The notes: generated by a model from the letters alone, not told the origin. A stretch of DNA of 64,000 nucleotides from Piromyces finnis finn (GCA_002104945.1 MCFH01000008.1:372001-436000); one strand, 5' to 3'. Shown: positions 12,696-27,662, counted from the first letter of the stretch. Made by a program: numbers and translations.

Positions 12696-15600
12696 AAACA
12701 TATAAAGGGAAAAATAATAAACACCGGAAATGAAAAATATTTAATCAAAAAGTATTAAACTTGATCATAATAAATAAAAGTGAGAATTGTTTAAAGAAAT
12801 TATTGGTTAAATTCTATATATATATATTTTTTTAAAGTTAATAAATAAATAAATAAATTAAGTAAAATAAAAACGAATAAATTTTTAGATGATATATAAC
12901 CATTTGAAAATATATAATAACAAAAGAGTTAAAATAAAAAGAATAACAAAAATAAAAAGATAACTATTTTATAGATTATAGATGATATTTTCTATGTATA
13001 ATTTTTATTCTTATGCTTTATAATGTATATTAATGTATATTACATTATATTTATATATAATTAATGTGTTTAAAACTGTTAAATTAAAAATTTCATATTC
13101 TTTATTTTTAAAAGAAGGTTGAATCTTATTTAATAATAAATCTATACAGAAAATTAAATTTTAAAAATATTATTTAATTTAATATTAAGCAATCATTTTT
13201 ATTGAAATAAAAATTAAATATCGATGGAACAAAAAAGAGGAAGACGAGTAAATTAGGTATTTATAGAAAGCAAGAAAAATGAAAACATTATTTGTTTTAT
13301 GATATAAAATGAGGAAAAAACATTATAAAATTATAGAAACAGAATAACAATCAAAATTTTAATTAATACTTAAACCTATAGTAATTTTAAACATTTTTAA
13401 TAAGTTGATAGTTGTTATATTGTTTATAATACATTAATACATCTATACATCTATATGTTATAATTAATAAATATATGCATATGGCATATGTATATATAAT
13501 GTATAGATATAGATGTATTTTACAAAATGCTTAATTCAATATATTAGATTACCAAAAATAAAAAACAAAAAACAAAAACAAAAAATGTAATATCATTATA
13601 GAAAAAAAAGATAGAAATGAATTTATATCAATCTATTACTCTCATCCGATTACTATTAATCTTTTTTTTTTTTTTTTAAAAAAACGTTATACATTTTTTA
13701 ATTTTAAATTTAATTATGAAACAATTAAAAATTTTTTTATATTAAATTTTAATAAGAATTAACTATTATTTGATAGATATTAACTCTTATTTTTTGTTCA
13801 TATTATTTCATTTCATGTCTATTTTAATTTTGCTTATAGTTATTTTAAAATGTTTGTTTTATTTTAAAGATATCTTAAAAATTAACTTAATAGAAATGTT
13901 TTAAAAAATATTATATATATATAATTTTTTTTAATAATAATTAACTCTTATTTTATAATAGGAAATCTTTTTTTTTTTATATAAAATTAAAGTTTTAAAA
14001 TACATCTTCATAATTAAAATTGTAAGAAAAAAATTTTACATTTTAATTAAGGAAAAAAGTTAAATATATAGATATATTAAAATATATTTAACTTTATATA
14101 AAAATTTTAAATTAAATTTAGGATGATGAAGAGAGGTTTTTATCCTTTTATTTTCATTAGAACTATTTAATAAAAACAAGTATTAGTACTAGTAAAAGAC
14201 ATTATTATTTTTAATTACTTTTTATTTCTTTATTAAATGAGCTTGGTTTTATTTCATTATAAATAATTCAAAAAAAAAAGTTTGCTTGTCATTTTCTATA
14301 TTGTCCATAATATACAAATTTTAATTTTTAATAAAAAAAGTTTTAATTTAATAAACATTTATTATAAAATAAACTTTGGAAAATTTTTAATTTCAATTTT
14401 ATTAATAATTAAAGTTCTTTATTTCTAACAAGTTTTATCTTACTATTATTGATGCTCTACCAACAAAAGTTCCATTATTATTTATTTTTTATTATTAATT
14501 AAAGTTGGTAACACAATTAATTTATTAATTTAAATAAAATGGAAATTTATTATAGAATAAAGTTCTTCTATTAATATAATAGATTTATTTAAGCTGGATT
14601 GGTTTAACAATAAATATAAAAAAATTATATATGAAAATAAATAATTATTTATATTATTATTAATTATTTATATTATTATTAATTATTTATATTATTATTA
14701 ATTATTTATATTATTAATAATATTTATTATAAATATATCATAGTCATTAAAGTTGCTAAAGTAAAAAAGTACAAAATAATAATAATAGTAATAATAATAT
14801 GATAAAGAATAGAATTATTAATTTATCATTATTAAATTATTGTAAATCTATTTTTCTTTTTATATATATATATATTATATATATTTATTATTAAAATCAT
14901 TGTTATATAATTATGCTATTATTTCCATAAATTTTTTAACATTTTTCTTTTTCTTTTTTTTCTTTTTATTATTTTTTATTTAAATAAGAATAAATAATAA
15001 TACTATGGAAAAAAAGTAAAAAAAAAATAATGATTTTTTTTTTAATATACTAAGCAATTAAAAGATTTTAGATTTTTTATTAATATTTGAACTGAAAAGT
15101 TATTCAAATATTTGATAATTTCATCTAAAACCTATTTATTACTATAATATAATAGTAAAAATAAATTAAAATTTAAAATATGAATTTTTAATAATTTATT
15201 TTTTTGATGCTTAAAATAATTAAACAGATTATTAAAAATTCAATTTTAAATCAATAAAATAATAAACAAATCAGAAAGAAAAAGAAAAGTAAATAAATAA
15301 AGTAACAATAGAAATAAAGTTTATAAACAAAAAAACTATTCAACAATAACATAAAATTTATTTCAATTATAAAAAATTACAAAAAAAATTAATAGAAGAA
15401 TACCATTTTAAATATTCATTTATAATTTATATTTAATATACATTTAAGTAAAATAGAAAAAGTAAAAGTATATATTTTGAACAGCATATATCAATTATGT
15501 CATTAAAAGTAGATTCCTTATATTAAATATAAATATATATACCATTTAATGTTGATGAGTATAAAATTTTATAGTTCAAGGAACATTTCAATTAATTAAA

Positions 15601-15717
15601 AAAAAAAAAACTTTTATATATTAATAATAAAAAAAAGAAAGATAATTGTAAAAGAAAAAACACAATTAAGTAAACATAACATCCATCATTCATTCACTTA
15701 TAGTATTCTTAAAAGTC

Positions 15718-18700
15718 ATGAATTCATATATTTTTATACAATCAATAATAATTATATTTCATTTAATTATTAATGGCTATGGGCAAAATACAAATTTTAA
15801 TCTTCCAGAAATAAGTAAGTAGTATAAAATTTATTATCTTAAAAAAAATTAATTAAAAAAATTATTTAAATATTAAATATTTATCAATTTAATTATTTTA
15901 TTAATATTATATAAGAGTATTTTGATAAAGGTAAAGAAATAACTTTAGAGAATTTAGATAAAATAGATACCTTGAAAATAAATACCTTTTCACATTTTAT
16001 TGTTGGAGATGATAAAAATGAAAAAAATCCCCTAATATTAAGCTCACCACAAGATACCAACAGTATTGTTAAAGTTATGCTGGAAGCAATGCAGAAATTT
16101 ATTGAATTAAAAAAAAATATTTATGGGAAATTAGTAATATCAGATTGGGGGCAGGACGAAATTTGTACAGGTAACGACACTAATACATGTCCTTCTGTTG
16201 TTTTACAAGGAACGACAAACTTTCCATATCGATACACTAAAAATGAAGTTATCGCTCTAGATAACTATTTTGAAAATTATATGGTAAATAATTTTACCAT
16301 TTTTTCAACAAAGTTTATTAAACAGGCAGAATATGATTATTCTATTGATGGTAAATATATAGCAGTACCTTTAATTACTGATATACGTATTATGTATTTT
16401 AATCGTACGACATTTGATTCTGTTGGTTTAAGATATCCACCACCTTATAATGGTCGTACTAAATGGGATTGGAAAGAAATGGTCGATGATATTCAAAACA
16501 TAGACCAATATCTTAAAAATAATGGCATTGAAGATAAAAAAGTGTTTGATTTTAAAGGTCTTTATGATGAAGAAATGAAACTTTTTAGCATTATTTTAAG
16601 AAATTATGGTGTTCCAACAATATCGTCTGCTCAACGTTGTGGTTTTTGTGAAGAAACCTCTGAAAATGATATGATCATTAAAAATAATACGAAACAAGCT
16701 ATCAAGGAAGTTATCGAACCTTTATTTTCCATATATAAGAATAAAAATACTCAGAATTGGTGTGAAAGTCAAAATGCAGAATGGCTAAAAGATGATATTG
16801 AAGATTACATAAAATTAGATAAAATTGAATGTGATATGAGTGCACCCGACTCAACCTATGGAATTATATTTGGAAGTCCTCCTTCAATGTCTAATGTTGA
16901 CGTTATTACAAGTGAAGACAGGATGAAAAATAAAAAAAGTGATTTAGCTGTAGCTTTAGTTCCTGGAAGTTATTCATGTAAGTTATCATTTATATTCATA
17001 TTATTTAAATAATTTTCATATCTTATCAAAAGGAAATAGTTGAAAAAAAAATTGATAAAATAATCCTTGATGTTAATATATATATTTTTTAATATAAAAT
17101 ATAAAAATATTAAATCAAATGTATAGTTCTTGGAGGTTCTGGATTAATGATTTCTTCTAAAGTTAATAAAGAGAGACAAGATACAGCATGGGAATTTATT
17201 GTATTTCTCACATCACTCACAGAAAATAAATTTATAGAAAAAATAGGAGAAGGTGCGAATATGATATCACCCTATGAATCCCTTATAGAAGATAATGTTA
17301 ATAATCCTAAATGGAATATATACATTCAACAATTACGTAATTCATTACCTATATCTTATCCTCGTAGAACTTCTCAAAAATTTTACGAAATTGAAAAAAA
17401 CCATCCAGTGAGGAATATGTTTTTTGACATCCTTAAAGGAAAGACAGATATTGATAAAGCTATATTGCGTACATGCAAGACAATAAACTACTTTTTAGAA
17501 CCTGAATGTTCAATACAAAATTATAATTTTACACCAGATACAGAGTGTAAGAATAATAAAATGACAATAAAGCATTATAAATATATTAATGCAACTTGTC
17601 ATGGAATGATTGACATCAAAGATGAATCTGAAGTATACGTAGATTGTTACTATGAAAATTATGATACCCTTTATGGTATCATTGTTTTAGGTTTAGTTGT
17701 TGTGGGTATAACAGTTAGTGTTTGCTACATATCATTATTTACAGCTTATCGTAAAGCCGACCCAATTAGAAAAGCAAGTTATTGGTTTTCTGTTATTATT
17801 GTTGTGGGGTCAATTTTTATGTATTTATCTGTTTTACTAGATATAGGATATCCAAATTATAACTTTTGCATTGCTAAAATTTGGTTAATGGTATTGGGTT
17901 TTGGATGCTCTTTAGGAGGATTAGTAGTTAAAGCCTATCGTATCTATTCTATTTTCAATAATCGTGATTTAAAACCGTTGGTTATTACAGATAAACAACT
18001 TTTCAAGTATTTTGGTATAATTATAGCCATTGAAATTGTATGCCTTTTAATATGGACAAGATTATACCAAGGAAATTCTTTATTCCGATTAGCAAGTGAT
18101 TTAATTAAAACCACTTTAAAAGATAATGCTAATGACAACGTAATTTCAAGTGAATTTAACATTAATATAGAATATTGCCCTGCGTTTAATGATATCCACA
18201 CCACTATATTAATTTATGGTTTTAATTGTATTCTCATTTTAATTGGTTGCTTTTTATCCATTAAAACTTGGTCTATACCACAAATGTACTCTGAAACCAA
18301 GTTTATGGGAAGTACAATTTTTATGATTGGTTTTGTTGTGTTAGTATGCGTACCAACCATCAATTCATTTTCGGTTACAGAGATAAAAAATAGATTTATT
18401 TTATCTTCACTTGCGATATGCTTTACTTGTTTCTTGGGAGCGAGTGTTTTTTGTATCCCAAAAATCTATAATTCTTATTTATTTTTTAAACAAGATTATT
18501 ATAAGCAAACCATGGAACAAAACTCCAATTCATTGGATTACTCTACTAACAATAATGGTCAAATTAAATTTATGTTGGAAAATAACAATAGCTTAATGTA
18601 TAAGAATCGTAGTAAAAGCAATCCATATAATGGAAATTCTAATGTACTTTCAAATGAAACAATCAATAGGGCTGCAGCTATGGGTAATACTTTAATTGAT

Positions 18701-18865
18701 GGTAATATGCTAGGTATTAATTCAAAGATCAATCCAGGCTTTTCAATACTAAATTCTGAATTAAATTCATCTTCTATATATCATAAACGTATATCTCGAT
18801 GTAGAATTTATAATAATGAATTACAATGTCCAGATTGTGGATGTGTTTTTGAAGTTACAGATTAA
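15718..18865 (+). CDS. Class C-like (7tm_3) GPCR with N-terminal bacterial-type carbohydrate solute-binding domain; exons 15718-15814, 15916-16977, 17127-18865 (965 aa)
   Basis: Signal peptide. SBP signatures DGKYIAVPLITDIRIMYFNRTTF and PGSYS|FLGGSGLMIS (joined across intron 2). Cys-rich linker, then seven hydrophobic helices with 7tm_3 marks (IRKAS, KAYRIYSIF, ETK). Confidence 0.9.
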
Positions 18866-21611
18866 ATTTATTTCTCACTTTTATCATACTATTATTATTA
18901 ACATTTCAATAGATTTTTTTTTTTTTTTATATCAATGATAATAATAATAGTATTTTTTTAATCTACACATCTATATTTAAGATAAAAAAAAATTTAAAAA
19001 ATAATATAATATTTAAATCTACAAAGAAAAAAAAAAAAAACAAATAAATATTTTAAACCTATTATAAAATCAATAATTTTAATACATAATATATTCACCC
19101 TTTTTTTTATTCTTTTTTTATAAATTACTTGGTAAATAGTTTTTTTTTTTTTTAAAAAAAATAATTTTTATTTTAATTTTTGTTTATAAAAAAAAAAAAA
19201 AAAACATAATGTAATTAAATATAATAACTGTTTTTTACAATAATTAATAATACCAATAATTAAATTTTAAAAGTATATAGTTATACCTATATTTTATAAT
19301 ACAAAATTTATAAAAATAAATAATAAATAATAAATTAATAAATGTAAATCGTTAATATTGTATTAAATAGTATTATACATATAATATATTTTTCAATATT
19401 AATTGTATATATATGAAAAAAAAAAAAAAAAGAAACGAGATATTTTACTATCATCATTTCTTTTTCCCTTTTTTTTGCTGTATAAGTTTTTAAAGAATAG
19501 ACAAAAAAATTTAGGTATTTAAATCAAAATGCAAAAAAAAAAAAGTATATAATTAAAAAAAATTTTAATTATTTAGTTGCCGTTTTAATTTAAATTAATT
19601 ATAATGTAATATACGTTTTTTTTAAAACAAAATTATATATATATATATAGAAAAAAGTGACCGTAGTTTGGTTTCTTTTATAAACCTAAATAAAAAAAAA
19701 AAAAAAAAACTAATGTCATATAAAATAAAACTTAATTTCAAAGTATATACGTTTTCGGATAGACAAAAAAAAAAAAAAACCCTCTTCTTATAAAAAATAA
19801 AGGTAAAAGTGATATTTAAATTTATTAAATTTAAATTTATAAATAATTTTATATCCTATAATAGAGTTATAATTAAAAAAAATATATTTATTGTATAATG
19901 CCTTTTTTTTATTTATAATATAAATAAAAAATGATTATAATCTATTTTAATTTATCCTATATAATAACATACTATAAAAATATGTTTTTGAAATAAAAAA
20001 ATTGATTTTTATTTTTTTTATTTCTTATATAAATTAAATAATATAAATAAATCAAGTCTAGAGTTTAATTAATATAAAATTTAAAATCAAAATTTAAAGT
20101 ATAATTTTAATTAATTGTATTACAGTATCTTTAGTTTTATTGGATAAAAACATTCCATATTAAAATAGATACATTTTTAATATAAAAAACGGCAGTCAAA
20201 ATGATTTAAAAAAAGATTCAATCTTTAAGAAAAGCTATAATCTATAGTATAAAAAATAGTATTATTCTAATATTCTATTTTGTTTGATATGATTTTTTGT
20301 AATAAATAAAGAAGAAATCAAATAAGCTTTTTTAATGTATACTAATTATATTTATATACGGTAAAAAGATTTATTTTCCCTTAGATTTCCTTTTAATTTC
20401 GTTAACGGTAATTTAACTCTATAAATTAATTTAAGTGATTTTTTTAAATTCTCTATTTAGTATTATTATTAAAAAAGAATGAATGATGATAATTATTATT
20501 AAAATATAAATAAATAAAAACTTTTAAATTTTTAGTTTATTGGTAAACTATATATTAAAATTAATATATATAATTTAAATAATATGTAATTAAGAAAATA
20601 ATTCAATTATTAATATCATTAAATATAAACTTTATAAATAGTTTTAAATTAATTTATTAATTCAATTATGATTTGTGTAACACTAAATTTAATAGGAAAT
20701 AAGATTTTTATATTATTAGGTAAATAGTGCCATTTCTATTTAATTTATTATTTATTCTAATATACACAATAAACATATTATTTTAAATTAAATAACACAT
20801 TTTATAATGAATAAAAAAAAAAAGAAATAAAAAAAAAAATTTTTTTTATTTATTATTATTATTTATCCTCAATTATCGCCATCGACCATGATGAAAATAG
20901 AAAAAAATTAAATAGGGCCTAAATGACATCTAATTAATAAGAATATTAAAAATATTAAAATATTTAATAAATAAAATTACATTTTAATTAAATTATTATT
21001 AAATTAAATAAAAATTAATATTAAAAAAGAAAAGTTTTTTTTTTATTCCTTTTTTTTTTTTTTTTTTTTTTTATTTATACTATTGTGTGTAAAGATCTTA
21101 GAATTTTTTAATTACTTCATTTTTATAAAATATATATTTTATCCTAATAAGAAATATAAATAATTATATTTTAATTATTTTTTTTTCTTATTTTTAATTT
21201 AATTCTTGTATTATAATATTAATAATACTTTTGGAATGAATTAATTATAAAATTTTAATTTTTTCTTTCTTTGTATATATATACTATCTTTTTTTAAATT
21301 ATTAATTTAATACCTTATTTTGTAAAATTCAAATATACATATTTATATATATAATAGACAATATATTTCTTTCTATACGTAAGAAAAATACATAAAAAAG
21401 TTAAAAAAAAAAAGACATTCAATATAATAAATATATTAAATTCAAATAACTTTTTTATATAAAAAATATCTGTTATCTATAACTAGCTTTTCAACCAATA
21501 TAGATAAAGATATAACTTTTGTATAATATTTTTCTTTTTTCATTTTAAAAAAAAAATAAAAACAAAAAGACAAAAAAAATTATATATATAAACAAATAAT
21601 ACAATTGTAAA

Positions 21612-24600
21612 ATGTTCAATAAAGTCTATATTATTTCTTTATTCATTGTATATACAACTATAATTCAAAAATGTTTGGCAGAAACTGATTGTGACTATGT
21701 AAAATTAATTTTTCAAAACTTCAACAAAGGTTTTGATGCTAATTGGGAAGACAATTCAATGAATTGTTGTAAAAACCTTTTGGTTGATTGTAATAAAGAA
21801 CAAACCAATGTTATTAAATTGTAATTATTAAATATATATTATTTTTATTTTTTTTTTTAGAGAAGATATACAATAACAATACTTTTAAATAAAGTATTTC
21901 AGAATAATAAAATTTATGATAAAAATATCTTTAAAAATAATAATAATAATAAAAGAAATATGAAATTTAAATTATTTGCTAATTATAAAATTCTAAATTA
22001 TAAAGACAATTTAAAACTACAACAGCTGAAGGTACCATTCATGAAAGTATTGGTTCCCTTTCAATGCTTCGAGAGCTGTAAATATTTTTGTTCATTAATT
22101 AAAATAGTAATAATAAAATAATCGATACCACTTAATAATACATTTAACAATTAAATAATACTATTTTAGTGATATGGGAAACAATAAAATTACTGGTGAA
22201 ATTCCAAGTACTATTGGTCAATTATCAAACTTGAAGATTTTGTATGTATTAATATATAAAGAATTTTTAAGAAGAAAAAAAACATAAATATTATAAATAC
22301 ATATATACATATAATTAATGATAATCAATAAAAATAAATAAAATAATATAGAAATCTCAGTAATAATAAACTTAATGGTATCATTCCTGAAAGTATTTAT
22401 TCATTAAGAAACCTTGAAACTTTGTAAGTTTTATATGAAAGTAAAGAGCTGGTATAAGAAATATATTAATAATTAACAATTATTTGAAATTAAAAACAGA
22501 AATTTAGGTAATAATGAATTAACTGGTGGTATTTCAAATGCAGTTGGTGCTCTTACCAATTTGATTGATTTGTATGAAATATATAATTATTGAATTATTT
22601 TCAAATCCATAGTTATAGAATTTAAAATTAATTATTATCATTTTTATTTAAAATTTTTTAAAATAGAGAATTAAGTAACAATCAACTTTCAGGTTTTCTT
22701 CCAGATAGTTTATACAGTTTATACTATCTTAACACATTGTAAGTTGTGTTATTTATATTATTATTACAAATATTATGTAATTTATACATTCCTATTATTA
22801 TTACAAATATTAAAGATAAATTAACTATTTTTTTTATATTAATTTATAATCCATAGGGACTTATCTAACAATGAATTCGAAGGTAGTTTAACCTATGGTA
22901 TTGGAAAATTTTCTAACTTAGAATCTTTGTAAATATTTTTTTTTCTATAAATAAATTAAAATTCAATATTTGAAATAAAAGTATAATTAATATATATATG
23001 TATATTTTTTAGGATTTTAAATAATAACCACTTTTCTGGTGACCTTCCAGAAGAGTTATATAATCTCTCTAAATTATATTATTGGTATAGTTCTTAAATT
23101 AATAATAGTATATATATATATATATATATAAATTAGTAATAAATTTAATTTTTTTTTTTCATCATTAGTTATTTAAATTCTAATGGTTTTACCGGTACTA
23201 TTTCTACAAGTATTAAAAATATGAAAAAATTAAAAAAACTGTAAGAATCATGTTTATTTATCTCAAGAAGCGTATTTTTTTCTTTGTCTAAAAATATGTA
23301 TAATTTTTTTACTCTTATTATATTATATATATTAACCATTTATATATATATTATAAAAATAGTAATTTAAGTAGTAACTTTCTTACAGGAGAAATTCCAG
23401 CTGCTATTGGTAGTATGACTAATTTAAGACAACTTATTATTGGTTATAATAATTTATCTGGTTCAATTCCAAAAGAAATTGGTAATTTACTCAAGTTAAC
23501 TTATCTAAACTTAAGATCAAATGAACTTACAGGTACTGTCCCAAGTTCCCTTGATGATTTAAGTAATTTAACAAGTTTATATTTATCTGGTAATCAAGGC
23601 TTATATGGTACCATTCCAGAAGTGAGTAAAGTTACTTCTTGTGATTATTCTAATACTCAATTATGTATGGATCCACAATATGGTGCTGATTTTTGTCAAA
23701 CTAATTTACCTATTTGTACCACATCAACTATTGCACCATCACCACCATCACCACCATCATCATCACCAATTACTAATGATATTCCATCAACTTTCTCAAA
23801 TGATTGTGATATTTTAAAAAGTATATATAGTAGTTTAAATTTAAGTGCTCCATGGAAAAATGAATCTATGAAATGTTGTAATGACGAAACTATTTTCTGT
23901 TCTACTGTTGATGATGTTTTACGTATTACTAAAATTAATTTAAGTGACAGAAATATTATTGGTATTCTTCCAAATACCATTACTTATCTTACTGCCCTAA
24001 AGTATTTAAATATTGAAAACAATCAAATCTCTGGTGAAATACCAGCTGATATTGGATCTTTAGTAAATCTTAGTACTTTAGATTTTGCTTTTAATTCTCT
24101 TTCTGGTACTATTCCCGAAAGTATTGGTTACTTAACTAAATTAGAAAATTTATTATTAAACGATAATGGCTTAACCGGTTTTATTCCAAGTAGTATTGGT
24201 ACTCTTTATAAATTAAAGAATTTATCTTTAGATGATAACCAATTAAGTGGTCAAATTCCATCTGAAATTAGTGATTTAACAAATCTTGATACATTATCTT
24301 TAAATAAAAATTTCCTTGAAGGTGTTGTACCAGATTTATCCAAATTAAAGAATTTAAGATACCTTATTTTATCCAAAAATAAATTATCATGCTTAGCTAA
24401 TGAAATTATTTCTGCTCTTTCTCCAACTCTCATATGGCTTGAATTAAATGATAATGAATTATATGGTTACCTTCCAGATTATATTGGTTCATTAAAAGAT
24501 TTAATTTATATAAATCTTTCTAATAACAAAATTACAGGAAACATTCCAAAAACCGTAAAAAGATTAAAAGAACTTGAAAATTTAGTTTTGAATGATAACG

Positions 24601-27600
24601 AAATATCCGGTGTATTACCAGATTATATTAATACTTTAACAAAGTTAAAAACTTTAAAATTAGATAATAATCCATTATTAAGTGGTTATTTAACTAATAA
24701 TGTTAATCTTTTAGCTTGCTCTGCTAGTGGAACTCAAATTTGTACTTCTCCTCAATCCATTTGTAATTTAACCACTACTACCTGTACCAATGAAGAAATT
24801 ACTAAATATGAAAATATTATTGAAGAATTAAAAAGAACTGAGGGTATTGATGATGAAGATGATGGAGATCTTAACGTAGTTATTAATGAAAATCTCGGAG
24901 ATGTTAATAGCAATATTAATACTAATGACAATAATACAATGGGTAACCAAAATAATAATTCACAAACAATTGGAAATGACAATTATAACAATGATGACGA
25001 AGAAGAAGAAGAAGAAGATATTGATTATGATGTTCTTGAAGATTATGTTGATGATTCAAAGTCCAAGTCCAACAAATCCTCTAACAACCGTAACCGTAAT
25101 AGTAGTGGTCACAGTAATAACAATATTAGTTCAAATAACCATCATAGCATTAATAATAATAGTAATAATAACAATAATAATAATAATAACAGAAATAATA
25201 ATAATGGAAATAATAATAGTAATAATAGAGAAGAAGAATATGATGAATATGATGAAGAGGATGAATATGATGATGAAGATGATGAGGATAATTCATATGT
25301 TAAGGTTGCACCTGTTATTGAAGTAGTTGATGAAGTTAATTCTCCAGAAATGGTTGTTATGGGTGATGCTTTAATTAATAACTTAATTGCTCAAAAGCAT
25401 AATAATGTTGATTTATTGGTATCTTCAACAACAACTACAACAACAACAACAACAACTTTTTATACTACTACTACAATAGCAACAACTACAACAACTACAA
25501 TTTCTAGTTCATTATCTAAAAATGGTCATGAAAAATTCGATGGATTTAATGGATTTGATGGAATTGATGGATGGAATACTGGTTTTTGGAAAAATAGATC
25601 AAAAATGACATCATCTATAACTACAACTATCACATCTATTGCTACTACTACATCATTTGGTATTGACGATTCCGAACCAACTATTACAAGTACTATTCCA
25701 TTTAGTACCACCAAGACCATTCCTAATATTGAACCATCTATTGAAACTGAAATAAAAACTGAAAGAGAAATGAATGAAGATAATATTTCTGATAAATTAG
25801 GAGCTGAAGCAGAAATAGAAACAGGAGAAATGAAGGAAAATGAATTAGGTGCAGGTGCTGAAGCAGAAATTGAAACAGGAGAAATGAAGGAAAATGAATT
25901 AGGCGCAGGTGCTGAAGCAGAAATTGAAACAGGAGAAATGAAGGAAAATGAATTAGGCGCAGGTGCTGAAGCAGAAATTGAAACAGGAGAAATGAAGGAA
26001 AATGAATTAGGTGATGAAGCTGGAATTGAAGCTGAGGGAATGAATGGAAATAATGTTTCTGATGAATTAGGAATTGATGCTAGTTTTGAAACTGTTGAAA
26101 TAAATGAAAATAAGAATTCTGAATTTGACATAGAAAGTATTGATAATGAAAATAAACTTAATACTGAAAATATTATGGATAGTATTGATAATGAAAATAA
26201 ACTTAATACTGAAAATATTATGGATAATATTGATAATAATGATAGTGTAATTAATCTTAATGAAAATATTACTACAAAGTTACCACCAAAAAGTATTGAT
26301 ACTAAATCTTCCACTAAGTCTTTACCACATGAAAATCATGAACCAGTTGAAACTGATCATTCGGTCGATTCTCCTTCAATTACTTCTTCACCAATTGAAA
26401 CTATTGAACCAGATCAATCTGTTGAAACAACCGTAATTACACCATCCTCTAAATCATTATCAGTAGAAACTATTGAACCAGATCAATCTATTGAAACAAC
26501 TATTATTACAACAACATCCAAGTCTTTACCAGCTAAAACTGTTGAATCAGATCAATCTGTTGAAACAACAGTAATTACACCATCCTCTAAATCATTATCA
26601 GTAGAAACTATTGAACCAGTTCAATCTGTTGAAACAACTATTATTACAACTTCTAAGTCTTTACCAGCTAAAACTGTTGAATCAGATCAATCTGTTGAAA
26701 CAATCGTAATTACACCATCCTCTAAATCATTATCAATAGAAACTATTGAACCAGTTCAATCTGTTGAAACAACTATTATTACAACAACTTCCAAGTCTTT
26801 ACCAACTAAAACTGTTGAACCAGATCAATCTGTTGAAACAACCGTAATTACACCATCCTCTAAATCATTATCAGTAGAAACTATTGAACCAGATCAATCC
26901 ATTGAAACAACTATTATTACAACAACTTCTAAATCTTTACCAACTAAAACTGTTGAACCAAATCAATCCATTGAAACAAACATTGCTAAACCAACCTCCA
27001 AATCCTTACATATTAAAACTATTGAATCAGATCAGTCTGTTGAAGTATCTACTACTACTAGATCTGAATCTTTACCAACAGAAATAACGAAACCAACATC
27101 TCATAAATCTAATAGTTTACAAGATAAACCATTACGTTCTACTAAGGGAATTACCTCCAAAATTGGTGAAGAAAATGATGAATTATTTGATAAATCAACT
27201 ACTTCAATTTCAAGGGATTTACCAATCAGAACTACATCCTCCTATTCTCATAAAACATCATCTGTTACAAAGACTATTTCTAGTAAAACTGAATCAGTTA
27301 TGCCAACAAGTAATATTGAATCAAAGGAAGAAAAAGAAATAACTTCATCTACTAGAAAGCATTTACCAACTAAAACTATTAAATCCATAAATTTTGCAAA
27401 AAAACCAACTTCATCAGAATCTACTGAAATGGAAGAATCAAATTCTATTACAACAACAAAATCAACTTCAAGAACTAGATTTACTAGAACTCTAACAAGA
27501 ACTACAACAAAGTCAACTAGAACCACTACTAAGACAATTACAGTATTAAAGACAACTACTTCAGAATCTACACCAACTGTCTCATCTGAGATAGTTGAAG

Positions 27601-27662
27601 AAGAACTTAATGAAGATTTAAATGCTGATAAAATTGAAGAAATTAATGAAGAGAAAGAATAA
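21612..27662 (+). CDS. Large secreted protein with two plant-type LRR modules, N/D/E-rich spacer and S/T-rich mucin-like repeats; exons 21612-21820, 22006-22077, 22170-22241, 22352-22423, 22500-22571, 22667-22738, 22857-22928, 23013-23084, 23169-23240, 23363-27662 (1694 aa)
   Basis: Signal peptide and Cys N-cap in exon 1. Eight 72-nt GT-AG exons each encode one LxxLxLxxNxLxGxIP repeat, in frame with ORF 23415..27662. No transmembrane or GPI-like hydrophobic end. Confidence 0.9.
25796..26010 (+). repeat. Coding 54-bp tandem repeat (ELGAGAEAEIETGEMKEN, about 4 copies)
   Basis: AAGCAGAAATTGAAACAGG recurs at 25861 and 25915; near-identical units. Confidence 0.9.
26345..27030 (+). repeat. Coding mucin-like repeat of alternating 23-24 aa subunits (ETIEPDQSVETTVITPSSKSLSV / ETIEPDQSIETTIITTTSKSLPAK)
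   Basis: Read from the translation; about 9-10 subunits forming an approximately 140-bp higher-order unit. Confidence 0.88.

Noticed and set aside
14640-14720. Four copies of an approximately 19-bp A/T-only repeat
   Set aside because: Pure A/T slippage repeat with no spacers or function evident.
25526-27526. Antisense ORFs and regular 54-bp units superficially like a CRISPR or repeat array
   Set aside because: Units are contiguous in-frame coding repeats without unique spacers; antisense ORFs result from repeat codon bias.
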